DNA of 61,526 nucleotides, counting the filler, from Choristocarpus tenellus KU-1152 (lineage: Eukaryota; Protista; Phaeophyceae): assembly GCA_964200185.2 (NCBI GenBank). It is 12 parts of 12 records of this genome, joined end to end, with 100 filler letters (N's around TTAATTAATTAA, not from the genome) between each part and the next. Parts side by side here need not be neighbours in the genome. Positions count along the whole stretch, not along the records: positions 1 to 6,094 come from CAXNAD020008953.1; positions 6,195 to 9,613 come from CAXNAD020020164.1; positions 9,714 to 13,070 come from CAXNAD020020563.1; positions 13,171 to 16,597 come from CAXNAD020020107.1; 8 more parts are not named here. One strand, written 5' to 3'. A program made the translations under genes and the position numbers. The notes beneath the pieces were generated by a model. The model was not told where the DNA came from, made no database searches, and saw nothing but the letters and a program-made list of their open reading frames with translations. The first letter of the stretch is position 1. Every line of letters begins with the position of its first letter. Shown piece by piece: positions 1 through 13,853 of this stretch.

Positions 1-3000
1 GGGGGGGTGGGCATTCCCCCAGAAGGGTCAGCTACAGGCAGGGGGGGGGAAGGGGAAAATGAGCGCAGAGCTGTTTGGGGAAGGGATTGGGTTCAACAAG
101 AGGGGTGCAGATGCTGCATGGGAAGATGGGTGGGGTGAAAATGGGCAACGCTTCCGCCCGATTGACGTCCCCAGTGAAGGTTTGAAGTCTTGAGCCTGGA
201 GTATTGGGTGCGTGGCATTTTTGGGGGGTACTGTGGGTTGTTGGTTTTTGATGGAGGGGGTGTGTGTGCCTAGAAGGGAAGGAAAAGGTGTTGGGAGGGG
301 GGCATTCTGTCGTGTTGTGTGGATTAGTTATCTGTTAGTCTTGCTTAAGAGTGTTGGAGTGTGTCTGCGTATAATTTTGTGTTTTCATTTTTTTTTCTGA
401 TATCGATAACGTACGTGCTGGACCAGTTTTCGTATACCCTGGGATGCGTGTGTGTTGTATTTTTGGTGAGTTTATTCGTATCGGTGGGGTATTTGAAAGA
501 AACAGTCCACTCCGCTGCAACCAGTGTCTTGTCTCCCTTGAGGGAGTTAGTTTTGTCAACTCTACTTTGACATGATAATCTGTGTTCCTGATGTAATTTT
601 TCAAGGGGTTGCGGCATTTGATCAAAACGGGTCCAACGTGTAATACAAGAAAGAGATACGCCCTAGGGCTAGGTTTATGCACGTCTAGTCACTCTGGGGT
701 GATGTGGGTGTTGCAGAGAGCAGAGAGCAGAGAGCCCCCTCCATCACTGTGATGTGTCCATGGACCGACATAGTGCTCCTCACCCACCTTCTGGACCTCT
801 TGTCTTACGCATGTTCCTGTGTGTTGTTAAAGTGTGCAATTTTCATGTAGTCCTTGGTTGTACAACTCGGAGAGAGTGGAAAGTAGGGGGAGGGGGGAAG
901 GGGAGTCACAGGTACAGCCTGCCTAACAGAGAGAGGATGTGCCTGTCTGTTTGTCTGTGTATCCATTGTCTCAACTTTGGTGAGGATGGCTGTATATCTG
1001 TAGACCTAATGGAGATGGAGTTTACTGCTGTGGAGGAGTTTTTTAGGGTGACTGGGCAAGAGATGGGAAAGCCCGGATGTGATGAAAGTGTCACGTGTTC
1101 TGTGGAGGAGGTTGAGGGTGTGTCAGCTCCTGTCATACCTTATCCTTTGGAGTTTTTGATCGAGGGTGGGTTGAAAGGCGTAGTTGTGGGTGAGTGGGAT
1201 TGCTGTCATGAAACTGACAAGAATATTAGGTAGTGGTGCGTGATGTTGGGTAAATCAACTCAAATTTTTTGTGTGTTTTTGAGGTGGAAGAAGGGAAGCA
1301 AGTAAGGATCTGTTTTTGATGGGCAGTAGTATGACTAGGGATAATGCTGCTGACGGCACTTGAGGTAGACTATCGTGTACCATCACCTGTCAACTTCATT
1401 TCATGCACTGAGTGTCTGTTTTGTAGTCAGTGCTGATCTGTGTTTCCCTTTGGTTATTCAGTGGTCTGCCAAACCAGAAAAGCCTTTTTTGTTTCCTTGG
1501 AAGGAAGGGAATGATGTGCACACCTCATGAAATGCTTTTTTTAATTTTTTTTATGTGCAATGTGCTGTTTTGGTTCGAGTGATTTGTCTCTTCTATCTGG
1601 GCTGTACGTGGACCGGTGTCCCTGGGGTATTCGTAGGCCTTCCCAGTTGCTGAACTCCTTGTTTTTGTTGGGTTGCAGTGCCTGTGCTTCCAGTTGGTAT
1701 GTACACAGTATCTCACCATCCCTAACCCTTTACAATATTGCTTACCCGCCTTATTGTATACTAGATAGAGTGAGGCAACTTGTGTCTTAATTTTATACAA
1801 AACTATCTACTCGAGTTTGTTTGCTTGTGGTGGCTTTTGTACCAAAAAAATAGCAGTATATATATTTTTCAGTCTTCTGAGTTCGTTTTTGTATGTCTGT
1901 ATCACAAAGCACTCATGATCATGAGATTTCCCGAAAATGCGTGGAAAAATATTATGGATCTTCATTTATAAGGGGTATAAAATCACTTGTTGATCACTTT
2001 TGGCAGTGGTTGGTGACATTGAAAGTCGCTGTCTGTGTTAACATAATGAAGGTATTTGTTGTACCTGCACGACCTGTTGGTGCTGATTGGAGAGTACTTC
2101 ACTGTATATGAAGCTCATGCATTTGTTGTGGTGTATCCCATGAAGGGAAAACTTGATGTTGTTGTGTGTCAGTCAAGAATTAATGCTTGGCTCATGTGGG
2201 TTGAGAGTATGGAGGGGCACTGATTGATTGCCTCACAGCTGATAGTCCCATCACTACTACTTGCCTAAAGGAGACAAATAAGTAGAAATAGTCTGCAGCA
2301 GTTCGTAGTTCTTGCAGAGCACAGATCTCAAGTCACATACGATAGAAATAATCACATATATATTTATGTATATACTGTTGTATCACTAGTAGGTGTGCCT
2401 GTGTCATCGGATTATTGTTCTGGAATGTTGCAGGAAGCCGAAAAACCGATCCGAAACGTGGTGCATAATAATAGCTCCATTTTTCAAGAGTGACATTGAA
2501 TGCTGGTGTGAATGGTCATCCCGCCGGAAATCATTTTGCTATGTGTGGTATTGGTAGGGGAGATGCATTCCTATTGTTCTGTGCTTCCATCACCACTTCG
2601 CACTGCTTTGTGAAGTGGTCTTTAAATATGCTGTATGCCATAGTTGGCGGTCCTTGATGAGGTACTGTTACCTAGTTACGCACTACATAGTATGGTGATT
2701 TGATTAATGCTGATAGAGATACAATATGCTCCTTTTCACAGATAAGAGGAAGGGATAAGTACTAAATACAGGTTGGTGATACTATGATCCTAAATTTATT
2801 CTTAGTGGGTAGTGTTCTGAACAACTGTTATTATACTAGTTTATACTATTATGTAGCTGTTTTAACAGCAATCTACTTCAAATGGCAGGTAGGTTAACTA
2901 TTGGATGTGTGTAGAGGGAGAGAGACGAAATCTATTCTCTTGAGGAGAAACAACATAATCGACGATGCCAACCTCAAAGATCGCAAGGTGCAATGTAATT

Positions 3001-4659
3001 GTTAGGCTGAAACTTTGTAGTGCATACCCTTACTTAAGAGATTCGGATTTTTCTGTTTCGGTTCTTGTGCTATGTGCGCCGAAGATTAACTGCATCAACC
3101 AAGTCAATTACCATAGAACTTCAATACTCAACTGTTCTATTTTGTTTCCTGTGTAATTCTTGGAAGACAATCCAATTCAAAAGGGGGCATGAAGCTGAAG
3201 AAGAGAGTGGAAATAGTATGGTTGGATAATTGTTTAATCTTTGTGTTTTTTCATTAGGAACCAGAATCCATAGAATAAGAATAGTGCTAGGGAAGCAGTC
3301 TTAGGAAACCTCCCTACCTTCAATAATACGCACACGTCCTTCCACATGTTTTTTCTTCATACAACGTAATACGTGCCTACTATGTTATTTTTTAAATAGA
3401 GTATAATACACGAATATCTAAGGATTTTTTTTTTCAAATGTACTTTTACTCTATTATTACTCTCTTATTGCCACAAACTATTAACTGTTTTGGTGATGGA
3501 TTGAAATATGTTTGTTTATTGTATGTAATACAAAATTGTAGCTTGTTTGTTATGTCATCTCTGCTTCGTACAACGCTTCTTGTCCCCCCCAAAACAAAAC
3601 ATCCTGGACTATATCACTCAGCATTTTAAAAATCTGTTCGATGCATGTAGGATGCATCTCTATCGTACCATGTTGTTGTTGTGTCAAAAGTAATTATTTG
3701 AATGCTACTGTCAAACAAGACGCCATCATATATATATATATATATGATACGGGGGCGACAACCAACATACAAGGACAGAGAAGACAATACAACAAAGATG
3801 GAGTTGTTTGTGGTCCTTTCAATGCCGAACAATAAAAAATCGGTTGGCGTACGTACGTGTGTGTATCAACAGAATCGGTTACATCACGAACTCACTGGCT
3901 GAATACAAGTAGGATGACCAATTTCCATCTACGGCTTTCCTGCTCTAATTGGTGATGACTACCTCTGTGCATTTCGTCAGTCTTGAAACACACCAACGAC
4001 AGAGGGAAAAAAGGGGATATTCTCCTGATTATTGCTGTGTATTATCTACCTACGTAAACAGTGCATTTTTTTATTTACCATGATCGTACAGTGCAAGTAC
4101 GTTGGAACGTACTCATTCAAGATGTACAGCACACTCAAATCATTACTCCAAATAGTACGCACCTACCCAAAGTAGAACCAAATCAATTGAGTGAAGCACT
4201 GTTCTCTGTGTAAAATTCGTATCAATATATGTATCCCATGTCAACTGTTTCCCTCCTTTCCCCCCTCCACATCACGAAGTAAGTAGTTTCGATTTTTGAC
4301 GTTTCACCTGATAAGAAGACGTTAACTCACGTCTTGTATCTTCTAACCTGTCCCAAACTAACTTGTTTCGCTTTTTTAGGTTTATCAAAGCCTCGGTCCA
4401 AAGCAGAATCCCCACCACATCACATACTGTATTTATTTATTTTCCATAGTTTCTCTTCTTTTTATTGATACTGCCTCCATTTTCCCGCACCCTTGGCCCT
4501 CCCCATCCCCCTCTTCTCCTACTGTCTTTACCCTAGTACTATCCCTTTTTTGCATTTGTGCAACGTTGTCAAGAGAGAGATGACATGCCCGGCCTCATCA
4601 TCCCCTCAAAAAACTGTTTTTTAGCAAGGTCTTGGATTACTTGTCTCTGTAGTGTGGTA

Positions 4660-6094
4660 TCAGTAGCTTCGCCCTTTGTGAAATCGTAGTTTTTTTCACC
4701 TGGTAACCACAACAGTTATATAACAATGTATGCATCAAATGAAAGCGTATGGCAAGAGCTTTTGAAGGTTTGTATCCACGAATGTCCAGGCTTCGGGGAA
4801 CAGAGCTATGTCCCGATCAAAGAATAGCCAAAACGCGGGGGAGTATCTCTGGCGCAATTTGAAGGTCACGACTTTAAAACGGACAAAAATTAAGTGGTCG
4901 GCTGAACTCCTTGCAAACACCTAGTCCGGGGTACGTCACTGCCCAAGTTTGGGGGGTGTGGAGATACCGAAAAAAAAAAACCTTCCAAATTTCCGGATTT
5001 TTTTAGAACGCTTTTTGTTGAAGTATCCCAGACTGAACCCGCGGCTTTTGGTGCTTTAATAAAGGACAAAGAAACAGCTTGGTGGTGTAGATGAGCAAAG
5101 TTAATATTGCAAGAGGCCTGTTGTGTAAATTTACCTTGGCTGGGAGGTAATACTATTTGTTAGTAGTGAAGATAAGAAGGTGTGAAGCCTCACACGACCC
5201 CCTTTGCTCAATGTGAGTACATGGTTGAAGTTAGAAGAGTGACCTTTGTGGGGTGTCTTCTTATTGTTTATTATTTATTTGTGCTTCCTATCTAAGTCAA
5301 CGGTTACGTCAAAGTAGTTGAATGCGGAATAAATACCAATACATAATCCAATACATAATCCGCATGGACTCCATTCAACACAATAGTCTCATATACACAA
5401 AATAAGGTACACTTCACTATTGTCCTATTTTGAACACTTGTGGTCTCGATTCCGCTGACTAACATGATGACTAACATGGATGAGACTATACCTTAGACTA
5501 CCATTATTATTTCTATAGTGAGGGGTTTGTAATCGTCCACGCTAATTTACTCTGAATCACTTATTTACTTGTCTTAAGTATAGGAACTGTATCTTGAACA
5601 TGATATAAAAATCAACACTATGTACATATTACATATCTGTCACTGACTCTCCATCCTAATATATTATCCACCGGTGGTGTCCACGTGTATCAGCAGCACT
5701 ATCTACGAGCACTTTTTGCAGACATTTTCTGAGCACACACACGCGTGACTTACACAGCAACATGAACCACGGCGGTGATACAAGGAGAGCCGCCGAGGCC
5801 ACTCTTCTCCCTGGATCTACCCTCGGCACCTTCTCCGTCGAGAGGTGATGGAAAAGCAAGCACCGTGTGACACTCAGTACGAAGTTAGGTGACGAGAAAG
5901 TGCGCTTACTGTGGCGCAGCAGCATGATCAAATCGCGAAATGGATCACGGGGCCGCGACACTGGCGCTGAGAGGAGATGCATGGAAAGCACTACCACAAA
6001 AACGTGGTTGGGTCTTCAACCACATCGGAGCATTGTTCTGCAGTCTCTGACGCCTCGGGAAGCAGGAAGAGAGCGGCGAGTCCATCACCAGGTG
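4660..6094 (+). mobile_element. TA-flanked TIR DNA transposon, family B, left part (cut by contig end)
   Basis: TA|TCAGTAGCTTCGCCCTTTG matches the TIR at 47254 and 49058; 4700-5000 and 5710-6094 are clearly homologous to 47280-47855. Confidence 0.8.
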
Positions 6095-6194
6095 NNNNNN
6101 NNNNNNNNNNNNNNNNNNNNNNNNNNNNNNNNNNNNNNTTAATTAATTAANNNNNNNNNNNNNNNNNNNNNNNNNNNNNNNNNNNNNNNNNNNN
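6095..6194. other. Artificial contig spacer N44-TTAATTAATTAA-N44; repeated at 9614, 13071, 16598, 19790, 34210, 36814, 39615, 51098, 53885, 57648
   Basis: Identical 100-nt block occurs 11 times; the 12-mer has stop codons in all six frames. Confidence 0.97.
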
Positions 6195-6204
6195 GTAAGC
6201 ACCA

Positions 6205-6384
6205 AAAAAAGAGGGGGGGGGGGGGGGGGGGTCTACACCAGGGTGTCCATTCGGACCAAAATCAGGAAAAGTGCACTTTCATTATCCATCCAACATATTA
6301 AGGAACCAAATAACCCAAAAATCGCGACATGAAAAAATTGACCCCAAATGGACAGTCGCCACCCCCTCCCAGATACTTTTAGCC
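6205..6384 (+). mobile_element. MITE family 1 copy (left end degraded, at contig start)
   Basis: Internal CTACACCAGGGTGTCCATT...AAATGGACAG and right TIR CCCAGATACTTTTAGCC match the copies at 27295 and 35223. Confidence 0.85.
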
Positions 6385-8453
6385 TGGGCCTAGTAAAATG
6401 GTTACTTGAGCCCACCATGGACTCCAAAAGACTCTTGAGAATGAGATATATGTGACAATGTCCCTAATTATCCCTATTATCTACGAAGTACAAGTGGAGC
6501 AGGACAAAGTAGTGCAAGCCTGCGGCGCCTTCAGAGCCACCACACCTGAACAGGGGGAAGCTAAAAATGGTCTAAGTGCGTAGGCGCGATCTTATCTGAT
6601 TTCAATAACCTATTTTGGTATAGAGAGGGATATTGCCCAGTACTCTGAGGGTGATAACAGGTAGCCTAGAGGGTTTGAGTGGAAGCAGGTCCGGGCCACT
6701 TATCTCTGGACCCCACAACCAAAATCATTTCAGTATTGCAGAGAATAAGCATGAAGAATTTGGAGCCGGGGCGAGTTGGAGGTTGTAAGCATCTTGTGAA
6801 AAAGGGGCACGGAAGCAGAGGAGGCAGAGAATAGTCCTGTGGTGAACCAAACCAACGCCCACATACTGTCTATCTTGAGTAAGGGTAGCCCTCACTATAT
6901 GACGCGAGGTAAGGAGTTTGTAAGACCTTCCCATGCAATGTGTGGGGAGAGTTCAGCTGGTGGTGTGGGATATTGGAACACACGGTCAGGGAGCACATGG
7001 TGGACGCAGCACATGTAAAGGTAGATGCCTTCAAGGTTGCAGGAGGGCTCCCAATTATTGTTGCGGGTAGTGGAGCTTACATCAACCGCTCAAGTTGTGG
7101 TGGGAAAGGGGCTACAAATTTCCGCATTTGACCATTCCTGCTATACAAAAGCAGACTCAGAGCGCATGGTCTCAACAACTGGGAATATTGCGACCTGAAA
7201 ATGGATTAGGCTGGACCCAGGTAATGTGCGGCTCCTTGTCTTCCTTTGCAACACTTGGATGGAGATGCATGGGAGACTGCCAAGAAAGGCGACTAAAAGG
7301 ATGCAACCTGAAGGCTGAAGTAGCAATGTGTAACCATATATGTAGACAAACGTACAGGCACACACAAACACATAAAAAGATACAACAAATATTAATATAT
7401 AATACCTCATTCCATTCTGCCCTCTTGACAACTCATTTTTCACTTCTTCTGAGAAACATACATGCGCATGTCTCTCTCAAACACCGCCACATCAAAGCAT
7501 ATCTAATAGTGGGGAAAAGGAGTATACAAATGGAGAGTGACCTCAAAAAATGTCTGCCTCCTACGAGACCCTCACCAGTGAGGAGTCTTTTTGACTAGTC
7601 CCGTGCGCTTCCTGCACGGTTCGATTAAGATTGAGAACGTCAGAGTCTTTCGGGCTTATTTAACTAAGTGTTCATCGTCCCTTTCGATTCATAACACTAA
7701 GTAATATAATTCTTATATACTTCAGCTCTGTTCCTTGTATGGTAGGCTTGAAAGTGTAGTTGGCGTGCTGAATGGAAACCCGATGAGCGTGTAGTTTCTC
7801 AAGCCACCAACACCACAAATTCTTGGTCGTAACACAGTTCCTGCTGGGTGGCACATATGAGACCATCTTCATTGGTGTTCACAATTATTCTGTAAAGCAG
7901 GTTCTACTTTATTTATCCTACTTAGTCCATAACATAGGTTTCCCAGCCACTCTACACCTCTTTCCAGTATCAGTTAAATGATACTGTTGTTTGATGCAAG
8001 TGCTTGGACTAGCAGTGCCTTACTCTGGTTCTACTCAATCACAGACTAGAGGTACTGCTTGATCGATCAACTTGGTGTCTGTTCTGGACTCCTGGAGTTT
8101 GGTCGAGTAGATAATACAGAAAGTGAGGCGAGAAGGTTCTTGATCTCTTGTGCTCTGAGAGCACATCTTGATGATGAGTGCGTGGCAACACCATGGGGTG
8201 GTATAACCCCTTGTACTGTTGGTACCTTGTGTGCCATGTGGGGCAAAGAATACTGAGCAACTTCTGTTGGCATATCCCAGGAAGACTTGTTCCTATTAAC
8301 AAAACATTTGCAAGTATAGCGGTGTTTTACTTGTAAACTCTACTTAGTGGGACCAACGAGTGATAGTGCACACCTCCCTCTTGAGCTTCCTTGTACCATA
8401 GTCTCATCCTTGAAGGTTCTACAAAATAAACGTTGTCTGAGTAGTTTTGAAGG

Positions 8454-8536
8454 ATAATAACACTTATCACCGACACCAATTAGTCAATAATCTAGAATAA
8501 TAACACTTATCACCGACACCAATTAGTCAATAATCT
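8454..8536. repeat. 43-bp tandem duplication
   Basis: ATAATAACACTTATCACCGACACCAATTAGTCAATAATCT occurs twice. Confidence 0.9.
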
Positions 8537-9498
8537 GGTATATGATGTTACACATAACAATACACTGACACGTCCATCACCAGCTCTCCATCATTTTATC
8601 TACTTCGCCTGTGCTGTCTATAGTGTATCAGCAGCACTGTCCACGGACACATGGTGCTTCAAATTACGCTACTTATCTTCTATGAAATCACTAGTGCTTG
8701 AAAACTGGTTGTGCCAAAATCTACGGGCAACATCCCCACTATGATATGAAGCAGAGGTCACCCCAACGAGCGTGCAGGAAATATGTCTCTTTCGGTTTTA
8801 CGCCACACATACATGATGATGACGATGTCCACGGAATGTCATCATGCATTCCACATTACTGGAGTCAAGAGGATAATCTATTGTTGTTCATTACTGCTAG
8901 ATATATGTTGACCTACTACTATGTATATATCGTGTCGTGTGTGTGTGTGGGATTCCTAAAATTAATCTTCTTGTTTTACAGGCAAAGGTTGGGGACAGTG
9001 GGTTAGATCAGGCCTGTACTTTGCTGCACAACACGAAAATGGAGTTCTTAAGTGCTTATACTTCGAGACTTTTGATGCAGACAGATATCAGACAGTTCTT
9101 TGATTGATAGGTACTGCGTGGCATTTGTCCCTGTTTTCTGGACGAGTTTTTTTGCAACTGCGCACATAACATTGTAGGGTCACAATATTATACCTGATTA
9201 GTGAATAAATAATACAAGACGTAACACATCGACCACCAAAATTGTTAATAAAATCCGGTTTTTCTGAGCCATTACAGTCCCTTTTTCAAAAAGTTAACTT
9301 CAAGGCAGTCAGGCGCGAAGAGACACATGTCTAATTGTTATTCTCCCAATAGTTGCATTTAAACGATACCCCCAAATGATTGCAAATTTGATCTCTTTTT
9401 TCAAATGCTTACAGGACATTTCCCACATTGTGGTGAAAACGTCCAAGCAATTGAAAAATCAACCCTCTCAAATCAAACTCAGCATTTTGTCTACTATA

Positions 9499-9613
9499 TT
9501 ATTATGCCCTCTGTCATTTTGCAGATGATGTGTCAGGGGGAAAACCAATGAAAAGTTATTGACCCTAAAACAGGGGATTCTCAAAATTGAGGATGGAGCG
9601 GGACTATGAGGAT
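9499..9613 (+). mobile_element. Family A TIR end (cut by contig end)
   Basis: TA|TTATTATGCCCTCTG...GTGTCAGGGGGAAAACCAATGAAAA matches the TIRs at 46921 and 49204. Confidence 0.7.
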
Positions 9614-10039
9614 NNNNNNNNNNNNNNNNNNNNNNNNNNNNNNNNNNNNNNNNNNNNTTAATTAATTAANNNNNNNNNNNNNNNNNNNNNNNNNNNNNNN
9701 NNNNNNNNNNNNNGTTGTTTGACCGAAACGGACGCCCCGCCCCCTCTTCACAAACCCCCCCCCCCCCCAGATAATTTGACTCATTTTTCGACCAACTATG
9801 CTGTACTACCGCCTTCCTGTACCTCCAACCTAGCTATTCCTGCACCAAAGGGTGAGGAGGAAGTCTTTATACACGTGTCGTGTACTAGAGCTGGTAGACA
9901 AATAGAATATACATTTTGGAGATATACCTTTTGCGTTTACGACAACTATTGCTTTTACAGGCCAGGGGCCTTGTAACATTGGATTGGCTCTTCCCCTTAC
10001 ACATCTCCAAAATGTCAGAGAGGATAATAACACATACTA

Positions 10040-10715
10040 AACACTATTCTTGATTTTTGTTAAGGTTCGTTGACAAAAAAGAAGGGTACGTCAGGACACG
10101 CCCATGGTTAATTAAGCGTGTAGTTCAATTCTGCAAGGGAATGGACATCCCTTGCACTGTGGAGGACCGAATTTCCGTATGGTTGTGGTCTTCCATGCCA
10201 GGGGACTTGCAGACGCTGGATAAGTTCCCTACCAGGACAAAGGTCTCCTCCTGAATATCGCGTTTGCAGAAGGAAGTGCAAGCAGCATCCCATCTGCCAC
10301 ACTCATCCACCAGCAATGGTGTTGTAGCTGCTGTTGGAGCTGAGGCGCGAAAGCGTATCCAGTGCGAGGGTTCTTTTGACCTTTGTAGTTTGAACTCAAC
10401 ACCCTCGCACTGGAAATTTTTCGGTGCCTCGGTAAGCAAGGAGAAAGTTCTCTGGATGAGTGGGGTACACATGCAGTGGGGGGAGAGGGGTGGAGGTTAT
10501 TGCAAGAGGGACTGTCAAATACCGTTTACGATAAATACTGTCACTACACAAGTAGCTCTCTCGAGGCGTGCCATGTGTTTCAAGCTAGAGACAACAACCA
10601 GATGGGCAAGAATGGGCCTGTCAGATTCTTGAGATGCATGCCTACCTCTTTGCCCAGTTGTGAAGGGCTAAGCTAGGTTGGAGGCATATCAGCAATGTAC
10701 ACATACCATTATTGA
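10040..10715 (+). mobile_element. 3' end of a CRE-like non-LTR retrotransposon (RLE endonuclease), degenerate
   Basis: STSNGVVAAVGAEARKRIQCEGSFD... is homologous to 31310-31930, including the 3' UTR. Confidence 0.65.
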
Positions 10716-12977
10716 TGTTACCAATCTTCAAGGGTGTGTTGTAGTATACCTGGTTGTTCAAGTAAATAGATTTTAAAGAGAAATCTTTAAAATTTTCGAT
10801 AACGTTACTCTTACAAGGGTCTTTGTGACATTATTAGGTTGGCCTTTTCCCCAACACATCTGGAAAATGTTACACCGCATAATAATATAAGTAAAAAGGA
10901 TCGTTTGATAATTGTTAATGTATATTATTATCCCTCCAACATTTTGTAGATGCGTCATTGATTTTTGTTGTAATTCAAGGTGAATAGTCAGTCGTCCAAT
11001 CGTGACTCCATTATCGCATCCTTTTTGTTAGTTCAAGTTGAAACACCCTATCGGATTTTTTTTTGTACTTTCATACCGAATAAATGAAAACAAGCGTCTC
11101 AATTCAGAATATATCGACCAGGCACGTAATCCATCCAACACCTCCCGCACCCTTTACCAGCCAACCAAATCGCTACGTGAAGCTCGTGTAACCGCTTCAT
11201 GTATTCCAACTCTCCTCTTGCCTTTCTGAACATTCATTTGGCACATCTTCTCATTCACTTCTCCCTGCTTCCATGTCTGATCAAGAAAGAAATGGCGATG
11301 AAATGTGGCTTCTACTTGATGATAGAATGAAACCACCCACACCAGGATCGTCTCTGCAAGAAGACTTAGTCGAAAAGTCAATACTTGGGGTTATTCCAGA
11401 GGTCGGGGTAATGGGTCAGGCGAACCTACGAAGAGAAAAAGAAGGAATCAAACAAAAGTTATTTGATGCATCTTCGGCAATGGACCAGTGGCGAGATGAA
11501 ACATTGAAGAAACTGCTGCAAGAGGGGTCGCTGCTAGGCAAGAGCTAGCTTTGCGAAACTGGGCAGTTCTTTGTGATTGCAAGGCAAACCCGCGATCCAA
11601 TCGTGTGATTGAAGTGCCGCTGTTTGTAGCTCATGTAAATTGTTGTCGAGATATTTCCCTTGTATGTATGTAGAGTAGGGTAAGCTTTAACCTGCAGCGT
11701 TACGGGTGTCTTTTTTACGATTCTTGCAAGAAGTGCTAGGTACTGAGGAAGCGTTGTTGGCGAGTTGTACAATATGCCTCCCTTTTGAAGGTAGAGGACG
11801 TGCTCGGGTGCCTGTCCTTTTTGTTCAGGTTGCAATTCAAGGTGATGTTAGTTGTCCATCTGATAAATTGGTGAACTCCAGAAGAGGCTATTTTGTAATG
11901 TTTGTGTGTTTGAGTTATTGGACCTCATCAGGAGGCGATAGACGTACCAGTCGGTGTACGCGACAATATTCAGGACGAAATGATTGTGACTTTTCGCTTG
12001 TTCTCAAAATACTTTACTTCAAAGGAGTATGTGCTTTTAGGCTTGGACCTCATCAGAGGTGAGTGTGATTTAGAAACGATGTAGGTAAGGAAGTCTAGCT
12101 AGTGGTAAATACTTACTTCTCACTTATGCTGGCTACACAGAGCTTTCGTCGACCCCCCCCTTGACATATTCTTGCGACCCATGACCAAATTGTTCTATTG
12201 GTGATGGATGCAATTCCCATCCCTCCATGAGAGTCACTATAGAATACGAATTCGGAAGGCATTTGTTCCAACTGTTGCGATGTTGGAAACGAATTTTCTG
12301 ATGCAGGAAAGTCTACTTTCTTTTGTTGTGAGAGTTGCATAGTGCACAACTTCAATTGGTCATTCCAATTCGACATTATATTTCAAGTGTGAGAGGCAGA
12401 TACATTAATTTGTTGTCGTGGGCTTTTGTGTTTTAGGTAAGTTTTGAACAGCTACCATTCCCAAAACAATACCAAAACCTGCGTTGAATATCTCTACTAT
12501 GGTTCAACTAGGTCTGAAAGGGTCTAGATTGAAGCAAATACTGTGTCTGGCAGCAGTTGGGCTCATGCCTTGTCAGTCGATTTTGTGTGAGTATCATATC
12601 ATGGTGTATCTCCCTTGTGTTTTTCTGGATGGGCAAGTCTTTGGAGTGCACTCCTCCGACCTGATTGTGCTCACTGGACTTCCCCTCTTATTTTGCAATG
12701 CTCCTAGTTCATACTACCAAGCACATGCTATTTGTCTTCTTTGTACACACACTCTACAAAATGGTACATATATATACATAGCTTCTTGCATGTGTTACTG
12801 AGGATCACAGCCAACGGGACATAAACATGTATATATAGTCTCATCCCATTGATGACAACTCACACATAGTTGCATTTGCCAGGCAATCTACTCCGTAGAA
12901 TATTTCTATTTCTCCCTTTGATGGTACCAACGTTTGTTATATATTCTTGATCATAAGGAAACATTCCCTCCGAGAAA

Positions 12978-13070
12978 GACCCAGAGTATCTGGGGGGGGG
13001 GGGGGGGGGCCTCCCCAAAGGGGGTCACTTTGGACCACCCCCAGGAAAAGTGCACTTTCATTTTCCATCC
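12978..13070 (+). mobile_element. MITE family 1, left part at contig end
   Basis: GACCCAGAGTATCTGGGGG...CAGGAAAAGTGCACTTTCATT. Confidence 0.75.
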
Positions 13071-13788
13071 NNNNNNNNNNNNNNNNNNNNNNNNNNNNNN
13101 NNNNNNNNNNNNNNTTAATTAATTAANNNNNNNNNNNNNNNNNNNNNNNNNNNNNNNNNNNNNNNNNNNNTCCCCCTCCCTTTCCCCCATTGGTAGTGAT
13201 GTTTTCCCCCCCCCCCCTCCTCCTCCTCCTCCTCCTCCTTACAATGAGAGAGTTGAATGATGTTGAGAACCTTGTCACATCCCACTCTCACTGCTTGGCA
13301 ATCCGCCTCCTACACGCCTCTCTCAGTCGATGTGGTTGTGGATGATGTTGTGGTACTAGAGGATAGATCATCTCTACGCCCGCCTGTCCCTCGGAAAACC
13401 CCTTTATGCTGACCAACTCAATGTTCTGGATTTGATTTAGGGCATGAGGTTGCCTATCTCCTAGTCTGTTGGGTATTGCTTGTGGTGATATTGAAGTCGC
13501 ACTACTATGGTTCCTTGGCACTGCAGTCATGCATGCCCTTCCTTGCCCCTCTTGATATGCGGGGCGCCCCCTCATCTGCAAGCGTCAGCCCTCTTGTCCT
13601 CTTCCTCAACTTATTCCTGATCAAGAGACGGCTTCCTTGGGGCATCAATGACTTTTGCTTTGATTTTTAGTCTAGAAAAAAACGCTCTGGGCAGATTTGT
13701 GTGTCTATTCCTGTTCTAGGTGTCTGATAAGCAAGTGTATGGTCTTCTCCGGAGTCGTTTGCAACTCCTCTGATTGTCATGTCAGAGA

Positions 13789-13853
13789 CCTACCTACCTA
13801 TCTACCTATCTACCTATCTACCTATCTACCTATCTACCTACCTACCTATCTAC
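13789..13853. repeat. (CTAC/CTAT)n microsatellite
   Basis: Tetranucleotide run is directly visible. Confidence 0.9.

Noticed and set aside
1-2700. Several ORFs and degenerate frames
   Set aside because: No recognisable domain; probably decayed TE
6139-6150. Recurring TTAATTAATTAA as a biological repeat or CRISPR
   Set aside because: Always centred in N runs; an assembly linker
11273-12376. LINE relic (HGGMGIAS) or 91-aa ORF
   Set aside because: One weak motif only; cannot assign
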